Part shown: in pieces, positions 11,876-24,000 of the stretch
How positions within the stretch are numbered: position 1 is the first letter of the stretch
Layout: every line of letters starts with the position of its first letter
NCBI GenBank assembly: GCA_049840915.1
Contig: JASGJC010000059.1
Coordinates: forward strand, 32,195-96,194
From: Aquabacterium sp.
GTDB taxonomy: Bacteria > Pseudomonadota > Gammaproteobacteria > Burkholderiales > Burkholderiaceae_C
Reading direction: 5' to 3'
DNA: 64,000 bases
Translations under genes and position numbers: made by a program
Notes under the pieces: model-generated
Told to the model about the DNA's origin: nothing
The model's database searches: none
What the model saw: the letters and a program-made list of their open reading frames with translations, nothing else

Positions 11876-12031
11876 GGGTAGGGCTTCGACAAGACGTGAA
11901 CGTGGCGACATGTGCGCTTTACACAGCAATCGACATGCCCAAAGCAGGTTCCCGCTTGCTTTAGGCGTGGCGCAACGTCGCATCGAGGCTGGTGAAGTAG
12001 CATCGTAATTCCCACCTTTCAACGCGAACTC

Positions 12032-14236
12032 ATGCGGATCAGGCCCCTACTCTTCATCATTGCGACGCTCGTCTTGGCGCCTGCATTCTTGGCGGCGGCC
12101 ATCGCGGTTCAAAAAGTCAGAGAGGGCGAGCGACGGGCCGCATTGGAGGGATTGCGCGAAACCGTCAGAGCCACTTCATTGCTGATAGACGGTGAGGTAC
12201 AGCGCTCATTGGGCGCCCTGAACGCACTGGGTGACTCCCCTTACCTGGCAACAGGTGACCTGCGCCTTTTCTACGCGCAGGCCAGTCGCATCAATCAGCC
12301 GCCGGATGTGTGGTCCTTGCTGCTCGACGCCAACGGCCAACAACTCTTGAACACGGCCTTGCCTTTTGACACCCCTCTGCCGCCACCGAGGGCCAAGACA
12401 AGGGTGCAAAAAGTTCTGAATACCGGCCAGCCCTTGGTCACGGATTTGATCGTCGGCCCCGCCACGGGCAAATTGCTGACAACGATCTACGTGCCTGCCA
12501 AGGCCTCTTCCAACCATGTCGTGGCGCAAGCATTTTCCGTTGAGCACTGGAAAAGAACCGCACTACAGCCGCATGGCAGGTCTGATCTGACGATCGGGGT
12601 GATCGACCGTGCGGGCAAGTTCATTGCCAGAAGCAAGCAAAGCGATGTGATGCTGGGCAAGCCCGCCCGCCCCGAGCTGGTGGCAGCCGCGGCAGCGTCA
12701 GAAGAAGGCCTGATTCGCCATAAGACACTTGAAGGCACGGATTCCTATGATGCGTTCACGCACTCCAAGTTGACTGGCTGGACCATTGCTGTGGCTGCGC
12801 CGGTCAGCTCGATCGAAGCCTCTGCGAATCAAGCCGTCATGTGGCTGATCGCTGGCGTTGGCAGTGCCTTGGCGCTCGCCCTCGCCGCCACACTCTTTTT
12901 TGGCCGCCAGTTCGTCGAATTGATCGATACATTGACAACCGCAGCCCAGTCGCTGGGCCAGGGCGAAGTGCCCAGCGTTCGCAAGGTGGCGTTGCAGGAA
13001 GTGAATGCCTTGAGTGAGTCATTGGGGCAAGCAGGCCGGGTGTTGGCAACGGAAAGGGCTTCACGGGAAGTTTTGGAAGACGAACGCACCCAACTGCTGG
13101 CCAACGAGGTCACTGCCAAGGAACGAGCCCAAGCAGAGAACGCGGCAAAAGACCGGTTCCTGGCGCTACTGGGACACGAATTGCGCAATCCATTGGCCGC
13201 CATCAATGGCGCGACGGAAGTCCTGCTTCGGTGCGATCCGTCCAAAACGGACTTTGGGCGCTACACCGGCATGATCAAACGCCAAAATCAGCACCTGACC
13301 CGCATCGTCAATGACCTGCTGGAGGTCAGCCGCATGCTCTCTGGACGAATCGCTCTGGCATGCGAACCGCTGAACCTGGCTGAGTGCGTGCGGGCCTGCG
13401 TGGAGGCACTGTGCGCCACCGGCTCCGTGGCACCCGGCCAGATCAGGCTGAGGAGCGAGGAAGTTTGGACGCATGGCGATCCGATCCGCATGGAGCAGAT
13501 CATCAACAACCTGCTGGGCAATGCCATCAAGTTCTCGGTGGACAAGCAGCCGATCGAAGTGCTTGTATATCAATTTGGCGAACGGGCCGTTCTGGAGGTG
13601 ATCGACAATGGCCTGGGCATCGATGCCGACTTGATGCCCCACATCTTCGAGCCTTTCGTTCAAGGCCCACACTTCAAGGGACAGCTGTACAGCGGCTTGG
13701 GCATCGGCCTGGCCTTGGTCCATCAACTGGTTGCGCTGCACCATGGCGAAATCGTTGCGCAAAGCGAAGGAAACGGCTGCGGTGCCCGGTTTGTCGTCAC
13801 GCTGCCGCTGTCTTTGGTGTCCAAGCCATCGTTGGCCCCTCATCTCAATCCAGCAGTCAACGCACCCGAGCCTCAGCACCGTGTGCTGTTGGTAGAAGAC
13901 AATCCCGATGCGATGGAGGCGACGGGCGCATTGCTTGAACTGCTGGGCTATTCATTTGTCGGCGCCCGCGATGGCATCGAGGCACTGGAGATCGTGCGCT
14001 CGGATCCTCCGGACATCGTCTTGATGGACATCGGTCTTCCAGGCAAGGACGGCTACCAGGTGACACAGGAAATCAGGGCCATGTCGCTCAAGCGGCACCT
14101 CCCTGTGATAGCGCTTTCCGGGTACAGCCAGGACCTCGTAGACAGCCGCTCGCAAACCGTTTTCGATGCCTGCCTGATCAAACCAGTTGGCCCTGGCGAA
14201 CTTGCCGAGGCCATTTCGGCTCAGTTGCCATCCTGA
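12032..14236 (+). CDS. Hybrid sensor histidine kinase (Cache-HisKA-HATPase-REC)
   Basis: Two TM segments, [22 protein letters not shown], receiver [11 protein letters not shown]. Confidence 0.92.
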   Translation: MRIRPLLFIIATLVLAPAFLAAAIAVQKVREGERRAALEGLRETVRATSLLIDGEVQRSLGALNALGDSPYLATGDLRLFYAQASRINQPPDVWSLLLDANGQQLLNTALPFDTPLPPPRAKTRVQKVLNTGQPLVTDLIVGPATGKLLTTIYVPAKASSNHVVAQAFSVEHWKRTALQPHGRSDLTIGVIDRAGKFIARSKQSDVMLGKPARPELVAAAAASEEGLIRHKTLEGTDSYDAFTHSKLTGWTIAVAAPVSSIEASANQAVMWLIAGVGSALALALAATLFFGRQFVELIDTLTTAAQSLGQGEVPSVRKVALQEVNALSESLGQAGRVLATERASREVLEDERTQLLANEVTAKERAQAENAAKDRFLALLGHELRNPLAAINGATEVLLRCDPSKTDFGRYTGMIKRQNQHLTRIVNDLLEVSRMLSGRIALACEPLNLAECVRACVEALCATGSVAPGQIRLRSEEVWTHGDPIRMEQIINNLLGNAIKFSVDKQPIEVLVYQFGERAVLEVIDNGLGIDADLMPHIFEPFVQGPHFKGQLYSGLGIGLALVHQLVALHHGEIVAQSEGNGCGARFVVTLPLSLVSKPSLAPHLNPAVNAPEPQHRVLLVEDNPDAMEATGALLELLGYSFVGARDGIEALEIVRSDPPDIVLMDIGLPGKDGYQVTQEIRAMSLKRHLPVIALSGYSQDLVDSRSQTVFDACLIKPVGPGELAEAISAQLPS

Positions 14237-14308
14237 TCATCGGGGGCTGACCGCCCATGCCCTCGCCGGCCGTCCCTTTCACATCAAATGATGCCTTTCG
14301 ATGTTAAA

Positions 14309-14336
14309 TTGACATAGAATGAGAATAATTCTCATT
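14309..14336 (+). promoter_or_regulatory. -35 TTGACA plus Fur box AATGAGAATAATTCTCATT
   Basis: TTGACA at 14309-14314; 19-bp palindrome 14318-14336 matching the Fur consensus, upstream of the fecI-like gene. Confidence 0.88.
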
Positions 14337-14377
14337 TGAATCAATGGGCCAGTTGCGTGATCGCCCGATAGGAGCAT

Positions 14378-14896
14378 GTGTTGTCGGCTGCTGAATTGAT
14401 CCTGCAAGAAGAGGTCCATACCTTGTATAGCGACCACCACGGTTGGCTGCAAGGTTGGCTTCGTGGCCGGCTTGGCAATGCATTTGAAGCAGCAGACTTG
14501 GCTCAGGATGTGTTCGTGCGCCTTCTGGCCCGCCGCCAATCCATTCAAGCTCGCGAGCCCCGAGCCCTCCTCTCCACCATCGCCCATGGTTTGGTCGTAG
14601 AGCACTGGCGCCGACGCGATCTGGAGCAAGCGTGGCTGGAAACGCTCGCGGCCTCCTCCCAATCGGAGGTGCCTTCACCAGAAACAAGGTTCATTGTTCT
14701 GGAGACGCTCGTCGAGATCGACTGCATGCTCGACACGCTCAAGCCCAGGGTGCGGGCGGCTTTCTTGCTCGCCCAGCTCGATGGCTTGACTTGCCCGCAA
14801 ATCGGCGCGCAACTCGGCGTCTCTCTGGCCACGGCGGAGCGCTATATCGCCAAAGCGCTGCGAGCCGCCTATGCCTTGCGTTTCGAGATGCAATGA
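14378..14896 (+). CDS. FecI-like ECF sigma factor
   Basis: LYSDHHGWL, AADLAQDVFVRLL, PSPE, IGAQLGVS HTH. Confidence 0.92.
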   Translation: MLSAAELILQEEVHTLYSDHHGWLQGWLRGRLGNAFEAADLAQDVFVRLLARRQSIQAREPRALLSTIAHGLVVEHWRRRDLEQAWLETLAASSQSEVPSPETRFIVLETLVEIDCMLDTLKPRVRAAFLLAQLDGLTCPQIGAQLGVSLATAERYIAKALRAAYALRFEMQ

Positions 14897-15945
14897 AGAA
14901 CGGATCGCCGGAAGGCTTGCCAGACACCAGCATCGGCGCTGGCGCAAGGATGCCGGATGGCACGAGCCATGTCCCCGATGCTGTCGTCGACGCGGCCATC
15001 ACTTGGGCTATCAAGCTCAATTACAGCACCGCATCCCCTCGGACACACCGCGCCTTCGACCGTTGGCTAAACGCTGATCCATTGCATGTGCTCGCCTGGC
15101 AGCGCCTGGGCCACATTCAACGGCCGTTCAACAGCATCCCCTCTGACCTGCTTCGCGCCACACTGGGCGCCGCGGAAGTCAAACGGGCCAGGCGGGCGGA
15201 CAAGCGCCGCAGCGCGGCGAAACTGCTGTCTTTGATCGGCATGGCGACAGGCGTCGGCTGGGTCTTGGTCGCGCAATCACCATGGCAGCGCCTGCTCGCC
15301 AGTGCCAGCACGGCCATCGGAGAAAGACGGACGCTGCTATTGGAGGACGGCACAGTCATCGTGCTGAACACCGACAGTGCGGTCAGCACCGACCTTGCAG
15401 GCGATCGCAGGCTCGTCATGCTTCGTCGCGGCGAATTGATGGTGACCACCGGGGCCGACAAGGGGGCGCGCACCAAGCGGCCATTTTGGGTCTACACGCC
15501 GTTTGGCCGGATGCAGGCCCTGGGCACGCGTTTCACCGTCAGGCTGGATGGCCAGCAAGCACGGGTCAGCGTCCAGGAAGGCGCCGTGGCCTTGCACCCT
15601 CTCGACGCCGCCAATGCGACCGCCGTTGTGCGCGCAGGCCAGAGTGAATGGCTCACCGACAATGGCACTCGTCCGGCAGATCTGGAAGGCTTTGAAGCCG
15701 ACGGCTGGACAGATGGCGTCGTGGCAGGCAAGAACATCCGCCTGGCTGATCTGCTGTTTGAGCTTTCCAGGTATCGGGCGGGTCGCATCGTCTGTGACGA
15801 GCGGGTTGCCGATCTGCGCCTATCCGGTCTCTTCCATATCTCGGACACGGACCAGACATTGCAGTTCTTGTCGCAGACGCAGCCCATCCGAATCACCTAC
15901 CGAACTCGCTTTTGGGTATCGGTAGGGCCCAAAGAAGACACTTGA
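14893..15945 (+). CDS. FecR-like anti-sigma/signal transducer
   Basis: AITW...W...H..AW N-terminal domain, LEDGT-IVLNTDS, ALGTRF; ATGA overlap. Confidence 0.92.
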   Translation: MKNGSPEGLPDTSIGAGARMPDGTSHVPDAVVDAAITWAIKLNYSTASPRTHRAFDRWLNADPLHVLAWQRLGHIQRPFNSIPSDLLRATLGAAEVKRARRADKRRSAAKLLSLIGMATGVGWVLVAQSPWQRLLASASTAIGERRTLLLEDGTVIVLNTDSAVSTDLAGDRRLVMLRRGELMVTTGADKGARTKRPFWVYTPFGRMQALGTRFTVRLDGQQARVSVQEGAVALHPLDAANATAVVRAGQSEWLTDNGTRPADLEGFEADGWTDGVVAGKNIRLADLLFELSRYRAGRIVCDERVADLRLSGLFHISDTDQTLQFLSQTQPIRITYRTRFWVSVGPKEDT

Positions 15946-16054
15946 ATGCCCGCGGAAAAACCGCATTTTTATTTCGAAGAATTTGAGGGGATTTCGATTT
16001 TCGAGCGGCATACCGGTAACAGCACTTCTGAACCGGCTTCGCCAAAAGATCGAT

Positions 16055-18580
16055 ATGACCCTCCAACGCACCCATGCTCTGCCAACCCAGGGCCACCGCC
16101 TTGCCATGCGGGATGATGGCTCTCTGAATCCAACACCGCTGGCCGCTGCGCTGCATGCCGTGGTGCTTGGATTGGGGTTGGGGGCCGCCCTGCCCTCCTC
16201 ATCGCTGGCTCAATCTACAACGGCGACTTCGCCCTCAGGTGCCGCCATCAAGACATTCAACGTGCCTGCCGGGCCATTGGACGTGGCGCTCGATCGTTTC
16301 GCACGGACCGCAGGGGTGAACCTCAGCTACGACGCATCGATGATTTCGGGGCTCATGACCCAGGGGCTGTCAGGTAGCTACAGTATCTCCCTGGCGCTGA
16401 CCACCTTGCTGGCAGGCAGCGGCATCGAAGCCATTGCACAGACCGGGGGTGGCTATGTCTTGCACAAAACCGCCATCCAGACGTCCGCGCCGGCAACGAC
16501 AAACGAGCCGACACTTCCTGTGGTGAGTGTCACGGCCAGTTCCGGATCGGATCGCGACGATTTGCCAAAGGTGTTCGCGGGCGGACAAGTGGCACGTGGA
16601 TCAAGTGTTGGCATGCTGGGAGACCGCAGCCTCTACGACACGCCATTCAATATCACAACAGTCACCAGCACGGGTATCGCCGACCAGCAGGCGCGAAGCG
16701 TCGGCGAGGCCCTGGCCGGTGATGCATCGGTGCGGGCATTCCTGCCGCAGACTTTCATGGAGCAATACACGTTTCGAGGATTCACCGTCTTCAATGACGA
16801 TGTGAGCTTCAATGGGCTGACGGGCCTGATGCCCATCTCGACCATCGACGCCGGCGCCATCGAAAGGCTGGAAATTTTCAAAGGCCCCAGTGCCATGGTG
16901 TCAGGCGTCAGCTCTGGCCAATCGATTGGAGGCACGATGAACATCGTCTCCAAGCGCGCCACAGATGAGCCGATCAACCAAGTGAGCGTTGATTACGCCT
17001 CGAGGTCTCAACTGGGCACGCACCTTGACATGGGTCGGCGCTTTGGTGAAGACAAGGCGTGGGGGTTCCGCTTCAATGGCACCGTCCGCGATGGCGATCT
17101 GGTACGCGACGACAGCTCGCAAAAAACCACGAACGGGGTGATCGCGCTCGACTACCGGGGCCAACACACCCGCGCCTCCATTGACGCCGGCACGCAAAAA
17201 ATCACCAGTGAAGGCGTGGGCGCCTTCGTGGTGGCCAATTCATCTCTGACGTCCCTGCCTTCCGCGCCCTCCAATCGCGTCAATGTCTTCCAACCTTGGA
17301 TGCATGTTGAAAACGTCGATCACTTCGTGATGGGCAAGATCGAGCAGCAACTCAATGATGCCGTCACCATCCATGCAAGCGTGGGCGCTTCACGCTACGA
17401 AGAACGTCAGATCAATGCCACGCCCCAGATCACCAACAGCGCGGGCGATCTGACAACCCAGCCTTACTGGCGCAAGGATTTCGGCAGAAGAACCGCAGCA
17501 GAAGCCGGTGGGACCTGGCATTTTTCAACCGGACAAATCGATCATCAGGTGAGTCTGTCTTTCAACTACTTCGATTCGATCAGCGGCGACACATACATCG
17601 ATCTGCCTGGTGGCGCCGTCACGTCCAATTTGTATCACCCATTGATCGCGGCCAAGCCAAACGAGTCCAGTGTGGGCAGTATGCCGGCGGCCAGTTCCTA
17701 CACCACGCTGCACAGCACAGGCTTGGCCGATGCCATCGATGTCTTTTCCGACAAGACATTGCAATTGGTGGCCGGGGCCCGCTTGCAATCGATTGAATCG
17801 GGCGCGATCACAGACAATGTGCGTGGGCAGACCTATGATGAATCGCAGATCACGCCCATGCTGGGCTTTGTGGTGAGGCCCAATTCAGTGCTCAGCATTT
17901 ACGGCAACTATGTCGAGGCACTGCAGCAAGGCGACACGGTGACAGCGCCTTACCAGAACGCCGGACAGACTTTCGCGCCATTTCGTTCGAAACAATATGA
18001 ACTCGGTACGAAATGGGATTTCGGCCGTTACGGCATGACCGTGGACGTGTTTCAAATCAGCAAGCCCAACGAAATCGCCACCCCATCAGGCGCGCTTCCT
18101 GCGCAGCAAAGTATCGCCCTCGCAGGTGAGCAACGCAATCGCGGCCTGGAAGTCAGCATGTTTGGTGAATTGATGCACGGCGTGCGTGGACTGGGCGGGC
18201 TCATGCTGTTGGATGGGAAGTTGGTTCGCACACAAGACGGCGCTCAAGATGGCAACCAAGCTGTCGGCGCGCCACGGGTCAATTTGAATCTGGGACTTGA
18301 ATGGGACACGCCATGGCTGAAAGGCCTCACCCTCAACACCGGCCTGATCCACACAAGCTCTCAGTATCTCAACAGCGGCAACACGCTGTCCATTCCCTCG
18401 TGGACCACGTTCGATATGGGCGCACGCTATCGCACCAGCTTCGGCGACTGTCCAGTGATGCTGCGAGCGCGCCTGGACAATGTCTTCGACCGTGCCTATT
18501 GGGCATCGACCGCACGCGGATTCGGCATGAGTTATGGACAGCCTCGGCAACTCCAAGTGTCTGCCACCTTCGATTTCTGA
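16055..18580 (+). CDS. TonB-dependent siderophore receptor with STN signalling domain
   Basis: Signal peptide, AGPLDVAL STN domain, plug ERLEIFKGPSA, C-terminal ATFDF. Confidence 0.93.
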   Translation: MTLQRTHALPTQGHRLAMRDDGSLNPTPLAAALHAVVLGLGLGAALPSSSLAQSTTATSPSGAAIKTFNVPAGPLDVALDRFARTAGVNLSYDASMISGLMTQGLSGSYSISLALTTLLAGSGIEAIAQTGGGYVLHKTAIQTSAPATTNEPTLPVVSVTASSGSDRDDLPKVFAGGQVARGSSVGMLGDRSLYDTPFNITTVTSTGIADQQARSVGEALAGDASVRAFLPQTFMEQYTFRGFTVFNDDVSFNGLTGLMPISTIDAGAIERLEIFKGPSAMVSGVSSGQSIGGTMNIVSKRATDEPINQVSVDYASRSQLGTHLDMGRRFGEDKAWGFRFNGTVRDGDLVRDDSSQKTTNGVIALDYRGQHTRASIDAGTQKITSEGVGAFVVANSSLTSLPSAPSNRVNVFQPWMHVENVDHFVMGKIEQQLNDAVTIHASVGASRYEERQINATPQITNSAGDLTTQPYWRKDFGRRTAAEAGGTWHFSTGQIDHQVSLSFNYFDSISGDTYIDLPGGAVTSNLYHPLIAAKPNESSVGSMPAASSYTTLHSTGLADAIDVFSDKTLQLVAGARLQSIESGAITDNVRGQTYDESQITPMLGFVVRPNSVLSIYGNYVEALQQGDTVTAPYQNAGQTFAPFRSKQYELGTKWDFGRYGMTVDVFQISKPNEIATPSGALPAQQSIALAGEQRNRGLEVSMFGELMHGVRGLGGLMLLDGKLVRTQDGAQDGNQAVGAPRVNLNLGLEWDTPWLKGLTLNTGLIHTSSQYLNSGNTLSIPSWTTFDMGARYRTSFGDCPVMLRARLDNVFDRAYWASTARGFGMSYGQPRQLQVSATFDF

Positions 18581-18608
18581 TCGACAGCAGCCCTGAGAGA
18601 GTGGCAGC

Positions 18609-19808
18609 ATGAGAAAAGCGCTTGGCCTCGTTCACCGTTGGTTTGGCTTGGTGATGGCGCTGTTCCTGATGCTGGTTGGCGCCACGGGCATGTGCATCGC
18701 ATGGTTTGGAGAGCTTGATCGCCTGGCTTGGCCTGCCATCCAGTCGGTTCAAGCTCCCACGCCGGCTGCTGAACCGCTCACCGCCCTTGCATTGCGCCAA
18801 ACCGTATTGCAAATGCACCCTGGCTGGACCATCAATCAACTCGAATTGGAAGCAAGCGAGCCTACAAGCTTGCCAGTCAGCCTGGCATTGACGCCTGTTT
18901 CATCGGGTCGAAACGAGCCGGCCATCGAACAATGGTTCGATCCCTATACAGGCCAGGAAGTCGGCCGACGTCATTGGGGGGATCTTTCAGAAGGGCGCAA
19001 GAACCTGATGCCATTCATCTACCGCTTGCATGAATCCCTGGCCTTGGACACATGGGGAGGCCATGTGCTGGGCATCATTGCGCTGATATGGACCATCGAT
19101 TGCTTCGTGGGAGCCTACCTCACGCTGCCAAGAGGGCGCCCATTTTTCAAAAAGTGGCGAATATCTTGGCAAATCAAGCCGCAGCGGTTCAACTTTGATC
19201 TGCATCGCGCTTCAGGGCTTTGGGTGTGGGCGATGCTGTTCGTGATGGCTTGGTCGAGTGTGGGCTTCAACCTGCGCGAGGTTTACACCCCGGTGATGCG
19301 CACGCTCTTCACCTATCACGACGACTGGGCAGAATTGACCGATCTGCCTGCTCCGCGCGTGACGCCAGTTTTGCGTTTTGATGCGGCTTTGGACTTGGGA
19401 CGTCAGTTGGCAAGCGACGAGTCTCACAGACTTGGATTCCGAATCGAGCGCGAGACACGTTTGATGTACAACCCGGAAAAGGGCCTGTATGGCTATGCCG
19501 TGCGCAGTGACCGCGATGTCCGGTCAACAGGTGGCAGCACGGTCGTGTGGTTCGATGGTCAGACTGGGCGACTCGTGCGCAGCTCGCTGCCAACAGGACA
19601 GTTCAGCGGCAATACCATCGCCAGTTGGCTTGGTTCGCTGCATACGGCCATCGTGGGTGGCTTGCCTTATCGGATCTTCATCACTGTGCTGGGATTGATC
19701 ATCGTCACGCTGTCTGTGACTGGCGTGATCATCTGGTGGCGCAAGCGACGCGCACGGATAGGCGGGCGCCGCTTCGATCGACAGGCCAAATTCGTGACCC
19801 ATCCCTAA
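18609..19808 (+). CDS. PepSY-associated TM iron-reduction/uptake protein
   Basis: HRWFGL, DPYTG, LHESL, FDLHRASG, LH...G, TGVIIWW. Confidence 0.9.
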   Translation: MRKALGLVHRWFGLVMALFLMLVGATGMCIAWFGELDRLAWPAIQSVQAPTPAAEPLTALALRQTVLQMHPGWTINQLELEASEPTSLPVSLALTPVSSGRNEPAIEQWFDPYTGQEVGRRHWGDLSEGRKNLMPFIYRLHESLALDTWGGHVLGIIALIWTIDCFVGAYLTLPRGRPFFKKWRISWQIKPQRFNFDLHRASGLWVWAMLFVMAWSSVGFNLREVYTPVMRTLFTYHDDWAELTDLPAPRVTPVLRFDAALDLGRQLASDESHRLGFRIERETRLMYNPEKGLYGYAVRSDRDVRSTGGSTVVWFDGQTGRLVRSSLPTGQFSGNTIASWLGSLHTAIVGGLPYRIFITVLGLIIVTLSVTGVIIWWRKRRARIGGRRFDRQAKFVTHP

Positions 19809-19881
19809 TGCCCATTGCGGACGTGCGCCATCGATTGACCCAAGCGAGCGGCTTCACCGCCCATCGCATGCATTCGCCTGC

Positions 19882-20451
19882 TCACTGAGGCCAGTGCGCC
19901 GCCATATCGGCGAGCAAATGTTTGCACAATTTGACTTCGTGCAATTCGGTCACGCCGGGATTGAGGCAAAGGTAACGAGTCGCATGGCTGCGGGTGGCCT
20001 GAAATCCAAAGCAATCGGGTCTCTTCGCCAACGATGACGGATCGGGATCGGCCTCAAGACAGCTGTGCCCGACGGCATTCAGTTCTGCCCAGGCGGCGTC
20101 CTTGTCGTGGAGATAGCGGCTTTGCAGCGCCTGCAAGCCGCCTGCTCTGGCCAAGGCACTGGGCGTGGTGTGGAGCTCGAACACTTGAGTGTCGCGGCCC
20201 CCATTGCAATACCAGAACATGGCCAGTCCATCTTGAATCGGTGCATCCGATACCGTTGGCCAATAAGTATTGGCCGAAACAGGCATGCCAGCAGGCGTCG
20301 TGGACAACGCCAAAGCGGCTGGCAGGCACGACGGCTGTGCCTGGGCAGATGCCGTGCAGAACACCAGCACCATCAAGGTCATCGCTGTTTTGAACAAGAG
20401 AACCGGCGTGTCAAACATGGCGTGGCCCACTGCCAGCAAGGCTGCAGTCAA
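19882..20451 (-). CDS. Hypothetical Cys-rich secreted protein
   Basis: Signal-like N-terminus (ASAQA), six Cys in the mature part; start uncertain. Confidence 0.55.
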   Translation of the reverse strand: MTAALLAVGHAMFDTPVLLFKTAMTLMVLVFCTASAQAQPSCLPAALALSTTPAGMPVSANTYWPTVSDAPIQDGLAMFWYCNGGRDTQVFELHTTPSALARAGGLQALQSRYLHDKDAAWAELNAVGHSCLEADPDPSSLAKRPDCFGFQATRSHATRYLCLNPGVTELHEVKLCKHLLADMAAHWPQ

Positions 20452-20523
20452 CGTTGAAAAGACGCAGGCGTGAACTCATGCTGACCAGAAATTCAGGCGG
20501 TAAAAAGTGCGAAGGTGCTGAAC

Positions 20524-20706
20524 TCAGCGATGGCCGAGGTTACCTGTGCGCACGCGCAAGGCCAATCGGGCGACCAAAGCCAGGCTGGTAGCCACGTACT
20601 GGTCGTCATTGAGTTGCTCTAGCTGGCAACGACTGTTTTTCGCATGCTGCCGTTTGGCGGCGTCTGCATGGCGGGGGGTCGGGAGGGGGTGGGCGCTGGT
20701 TTTCAT
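20524..20706 (-). CDS. Small hypothetical protein
   Basis: 60-aa ORF with AAAAGG RBS before ATG. Confidence 0.35.
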   Translation of the reverse strand: MKTSAHPLPTPRHADAAKRQHAKNSRCQLEQLNDDQYVATSLALVARLALRVRTGNLGHR

Positions 20707-20749
20707 GTCGCCTTTTCAGCAATTGGCGTGCCTGCGAGGCAATCAATCT

Positions 20750-20995
20750 TCAACGGGTCGTTGCAGGGCCCCTTGCATCACGCGCCAAAAACCCGTCTTC
20801 AGTGGCTTGCGGTGCTTGAGGCTCACCAAACACTTTCCGCACTTGCGCTCGCGTCAGGCCCAGCACTCTTGCCCAATACCGGGCTTCGAACTCGTCATGA
20901 ATGACAAGTTGTGAACGCAGCTTGAACACCAATTCCAGATCTATATCTTGCACTTTGCTTTCTCCGACATCTTCAGCGATGCCGAGATCAGGCAA
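20750..20995 (-). CDS. DUF3606-like small protein
   Basis: IHDEFEARYWARVLGLT resembles the DUF3606 motif. Confidence 0.45.
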   Translation of the reverse strand: MPDLGIAEDVGESKVQDIDLELVFKLRSQLVIHDEFEARYWARVLGLTRAQVRKVFGEPQAPQATEDGFLARDARGPATTR

Positions 20996-21033
20996 TTGGC
21001 AAGCCTGGGTCCACCGCGCTGGGTCTCGGCGGC

Positions 21034-24000
21034 TCAGCCGGGCCGTCCGCCCGCGACCTCATCGAGAAGCCGATCCAGGCTATCGAGTTCGATGGGCTTG
21101 ACCAAGTGATGATCGAATCCGGCCTCTTGCGTCCTTTTCCGATCCGAATCCTGGCCCCATCCGGTCAGGGCCACGACCACGGCATTTTTCGTGACGTCGG
21201 TCTGCCGCATCTGCCTGACTGCACCAAAACCATCCAGCAGGGGCATCCCGAGGTCGAGAAACACGATGTCCGGCAGAAAACGCTTGGCCATGTCCACAGC
21301 CTCCACCCCATCGTGAGCGGTGATCACCTGATGGCCGTGCATTTCCAAAAGCAATGCCAATGAAGCCGCGGCATCCTTGTTGTCATCGGCGACGAGAATG
21401 CGCTTGCTGACCGACGAGTTGCTGGCCGGCGCCGGCGCTTGCCGAGCCGCGTGACTGGGCGGCACCTCCGCCAGCGGTACATGGACGGTGAAGGTGCTGC
21501 CCTGGCCTTTTCCAGCGCTGTGGGCCTCCACCCGGCCGCCATGCAACGTCACGAGGCTGCGCACCAACGACAGGCCGATGCCCAACCCATCCGACGAATG
21601 CGCCTGGTGGCTGCGCACCTGGGAAAACAATTCGAACACAAAGGGAAGGTCCTTTTGCTCGATGCCAATGCCTTGATCGACCACCTGGACCATCGCCATA
21701 GGCCCTTCCAGCGAAACACGGATGGTGATCGTTCCCGGCTCGCTGGAATACTTCGCGGCATTGGACAGCAGGTTGACGAAAACCTGGGTCAGGCGGTCGA
21801 AGTCGCCGTCCACGGTCAGCTCCCCTGCCCCTTGCTGGATCCGAAGTTCCTGGTTTTGTTTGTTGACCGCCACACGCGTGAGGTCGATGCTGTTTTCGAG
21901 CACCTTCGTCAAAGAAACCGGCGCCCGGCGCAATTCGAGCTTGCCGGAGGTGATGCGTCCCACGTCGAGCAGATCATCGACCAGCCTCACCAGGTGGGAG
22001 AGTTGCCGATCCATCATGTTGACCGTGTCTTGCAAGACCGGGCTGGAAACGCTCATCTTGCGGGCGATCTGCAAACCACTGCTGATGGGGGCCAGGGGGT
22101 TGCGCAACTCATGCGCCAACGTGGCCAGGAATTCGTCCTTGCGACGGTCCGCGTCCCTCAAGGCGCGCTCCGCGCGCGCGCGTTCCAGCGCCGCCCAGGT
22201 GCGCTCGGCTGTTTCCTGAACCAGGGCGACATCCAGCTCGCTCCATTCACGCGCGGCCACTTCGAGCGACCACCAGCCCGCCAACCAGGCAGCCCTGTTT
22301 GACCAGTGACACGCACAACAACGCACGCATGCCGAGCAAGCGATACTGCGCCCGCTCGGCCTCGCTCAAACCAGGTTCGGACGGGATGTCGCTCAATATG
22401 AGAGGCTGGCCACGCCGAAGGATGTCGTGGCTCACCGCGAAGTCGCGCATCAGGTAGTTGCCCACCAGGCTGGTGGTGTCGTCGCGCGGCTTGAACTCCT
22501 CGTGCACGACAGCCAGTTGGTTGACCTCGTCGTACTGCACGTAAAAAGCACTGTCCGCGCCCAGTTGCTCGCCCAGCAGCCTTGCGGCGATGCCTTCGAT
22601 CTCGTGTGTCTCGACCACATCCCGCAGCGAATCGCCCACGCTCACCATGAAGGCATGGCGCGTCGCGCTCTGGCTCGCTGCTTCAGCGATGGCCCTTTGT
22701 GCCGTGATGTCTTGAAAGACGATGGCCACCTTGTTCCCAACGGGATAGACGTAGAAGTCGAACCATTTGTCCAAGGGCGCCGCATAACGCTGGTCTCGCT
22801 CGCCCACGCCGGTGCAAGCCACCCGGCCCCAGATTTCAAGCCAGTGGGATTCATAGGCGGGCGTCAGTTCCGACAACCGCCTGCCGCGGTAATCGACGCC
22901 CGTGATCCGGATGGCAGCGGGATTCGAATCCAGATACAAGATGTCGACCGGACGACCGGATTCATCGAAAGCCACTTCGCCCAGGATGAAGCCTTCGTCC
23001 ATGGACTCGAACAAGGTGCGATAGCGCATCTCGCTGTCGCTGAGCTCCTGGGCGGCACGACAGCGTTCCAGAGACTCCCAGCAATTGGCCACGACGCTTT
23101 GGACCAGGTCGATTTCTCCCGAGCTCCAGACACGTGGGGTGGCCTGGTGAACGGCCATGGCCGCTGTGAACTGGCCGTCTTTGTGAAGCGGCACGCAGAT
23201 GACCGAACGGCTCGTCGTCGCCCGGTAGGCCAGCGCATCCGCCGACGATATCCGCGGATCCCTGTCGGTGTCATGCACGACATAAGGAAGGTTGCAGCGC
23301 ATGAGGCGTTCGCACTCCTGCCCGAAGGCGCGCACAGGCCAGCGTCCCACGATGCTGGGCACACGCCGGGTGTAATCGCCCGTGATGACGAAGACTTCCT
23401 GAGGATCACGTTCGATGCGGGCATAGGCGCAGCGGTCCGCCCCCAGGAAATCTGCCAGCAACTGTGCTGTCCGCCTGGTCACCTCGGCCGGGTCCGACAG
23501 CGGCTGGGTGGCCTGCATCAATTCATTCAGAAAATCTTGACGCTCGGCCGAGCGCTTGCGTTGATCGATGTTAGTCACCAAAGCGACCACCCCCCGAACG
23601 GCGCCGGTGGCGTCCATGTCGGGCGTATAGCGCGCATTCACCCAGCGGATGCGGCCATCCTTGAAAGCCAGTCGGCTCTCGTACTCGACGGGCTTGCCCG
23701 CCAGCGCCTGCTTCATCCAGGGCTCGACTTTGGCCCAGGCAGCCTCTCCCAACAGGTCCGGCATCCTGTGGCCAAGAACGGCCTCTCGGCTGCCGAACCA
23801 TTCTTCATAGTGGCGGTTGACCAACTTGTAGCGGTAGTCGGGCGTGATGTACGAGATCAAAGCGGGGATGGCATCCGTGATCATGCCCAGCTGCATGCCC
23901 AACTCGTGCAGGGCGAGTTCGGCCCGCTCGCGTTCCTCGGTCTCGATGTGCCGCTCGATGACGATGGCGGCGGTGTTCGTCAACAAAGAGACCGCTTCCA

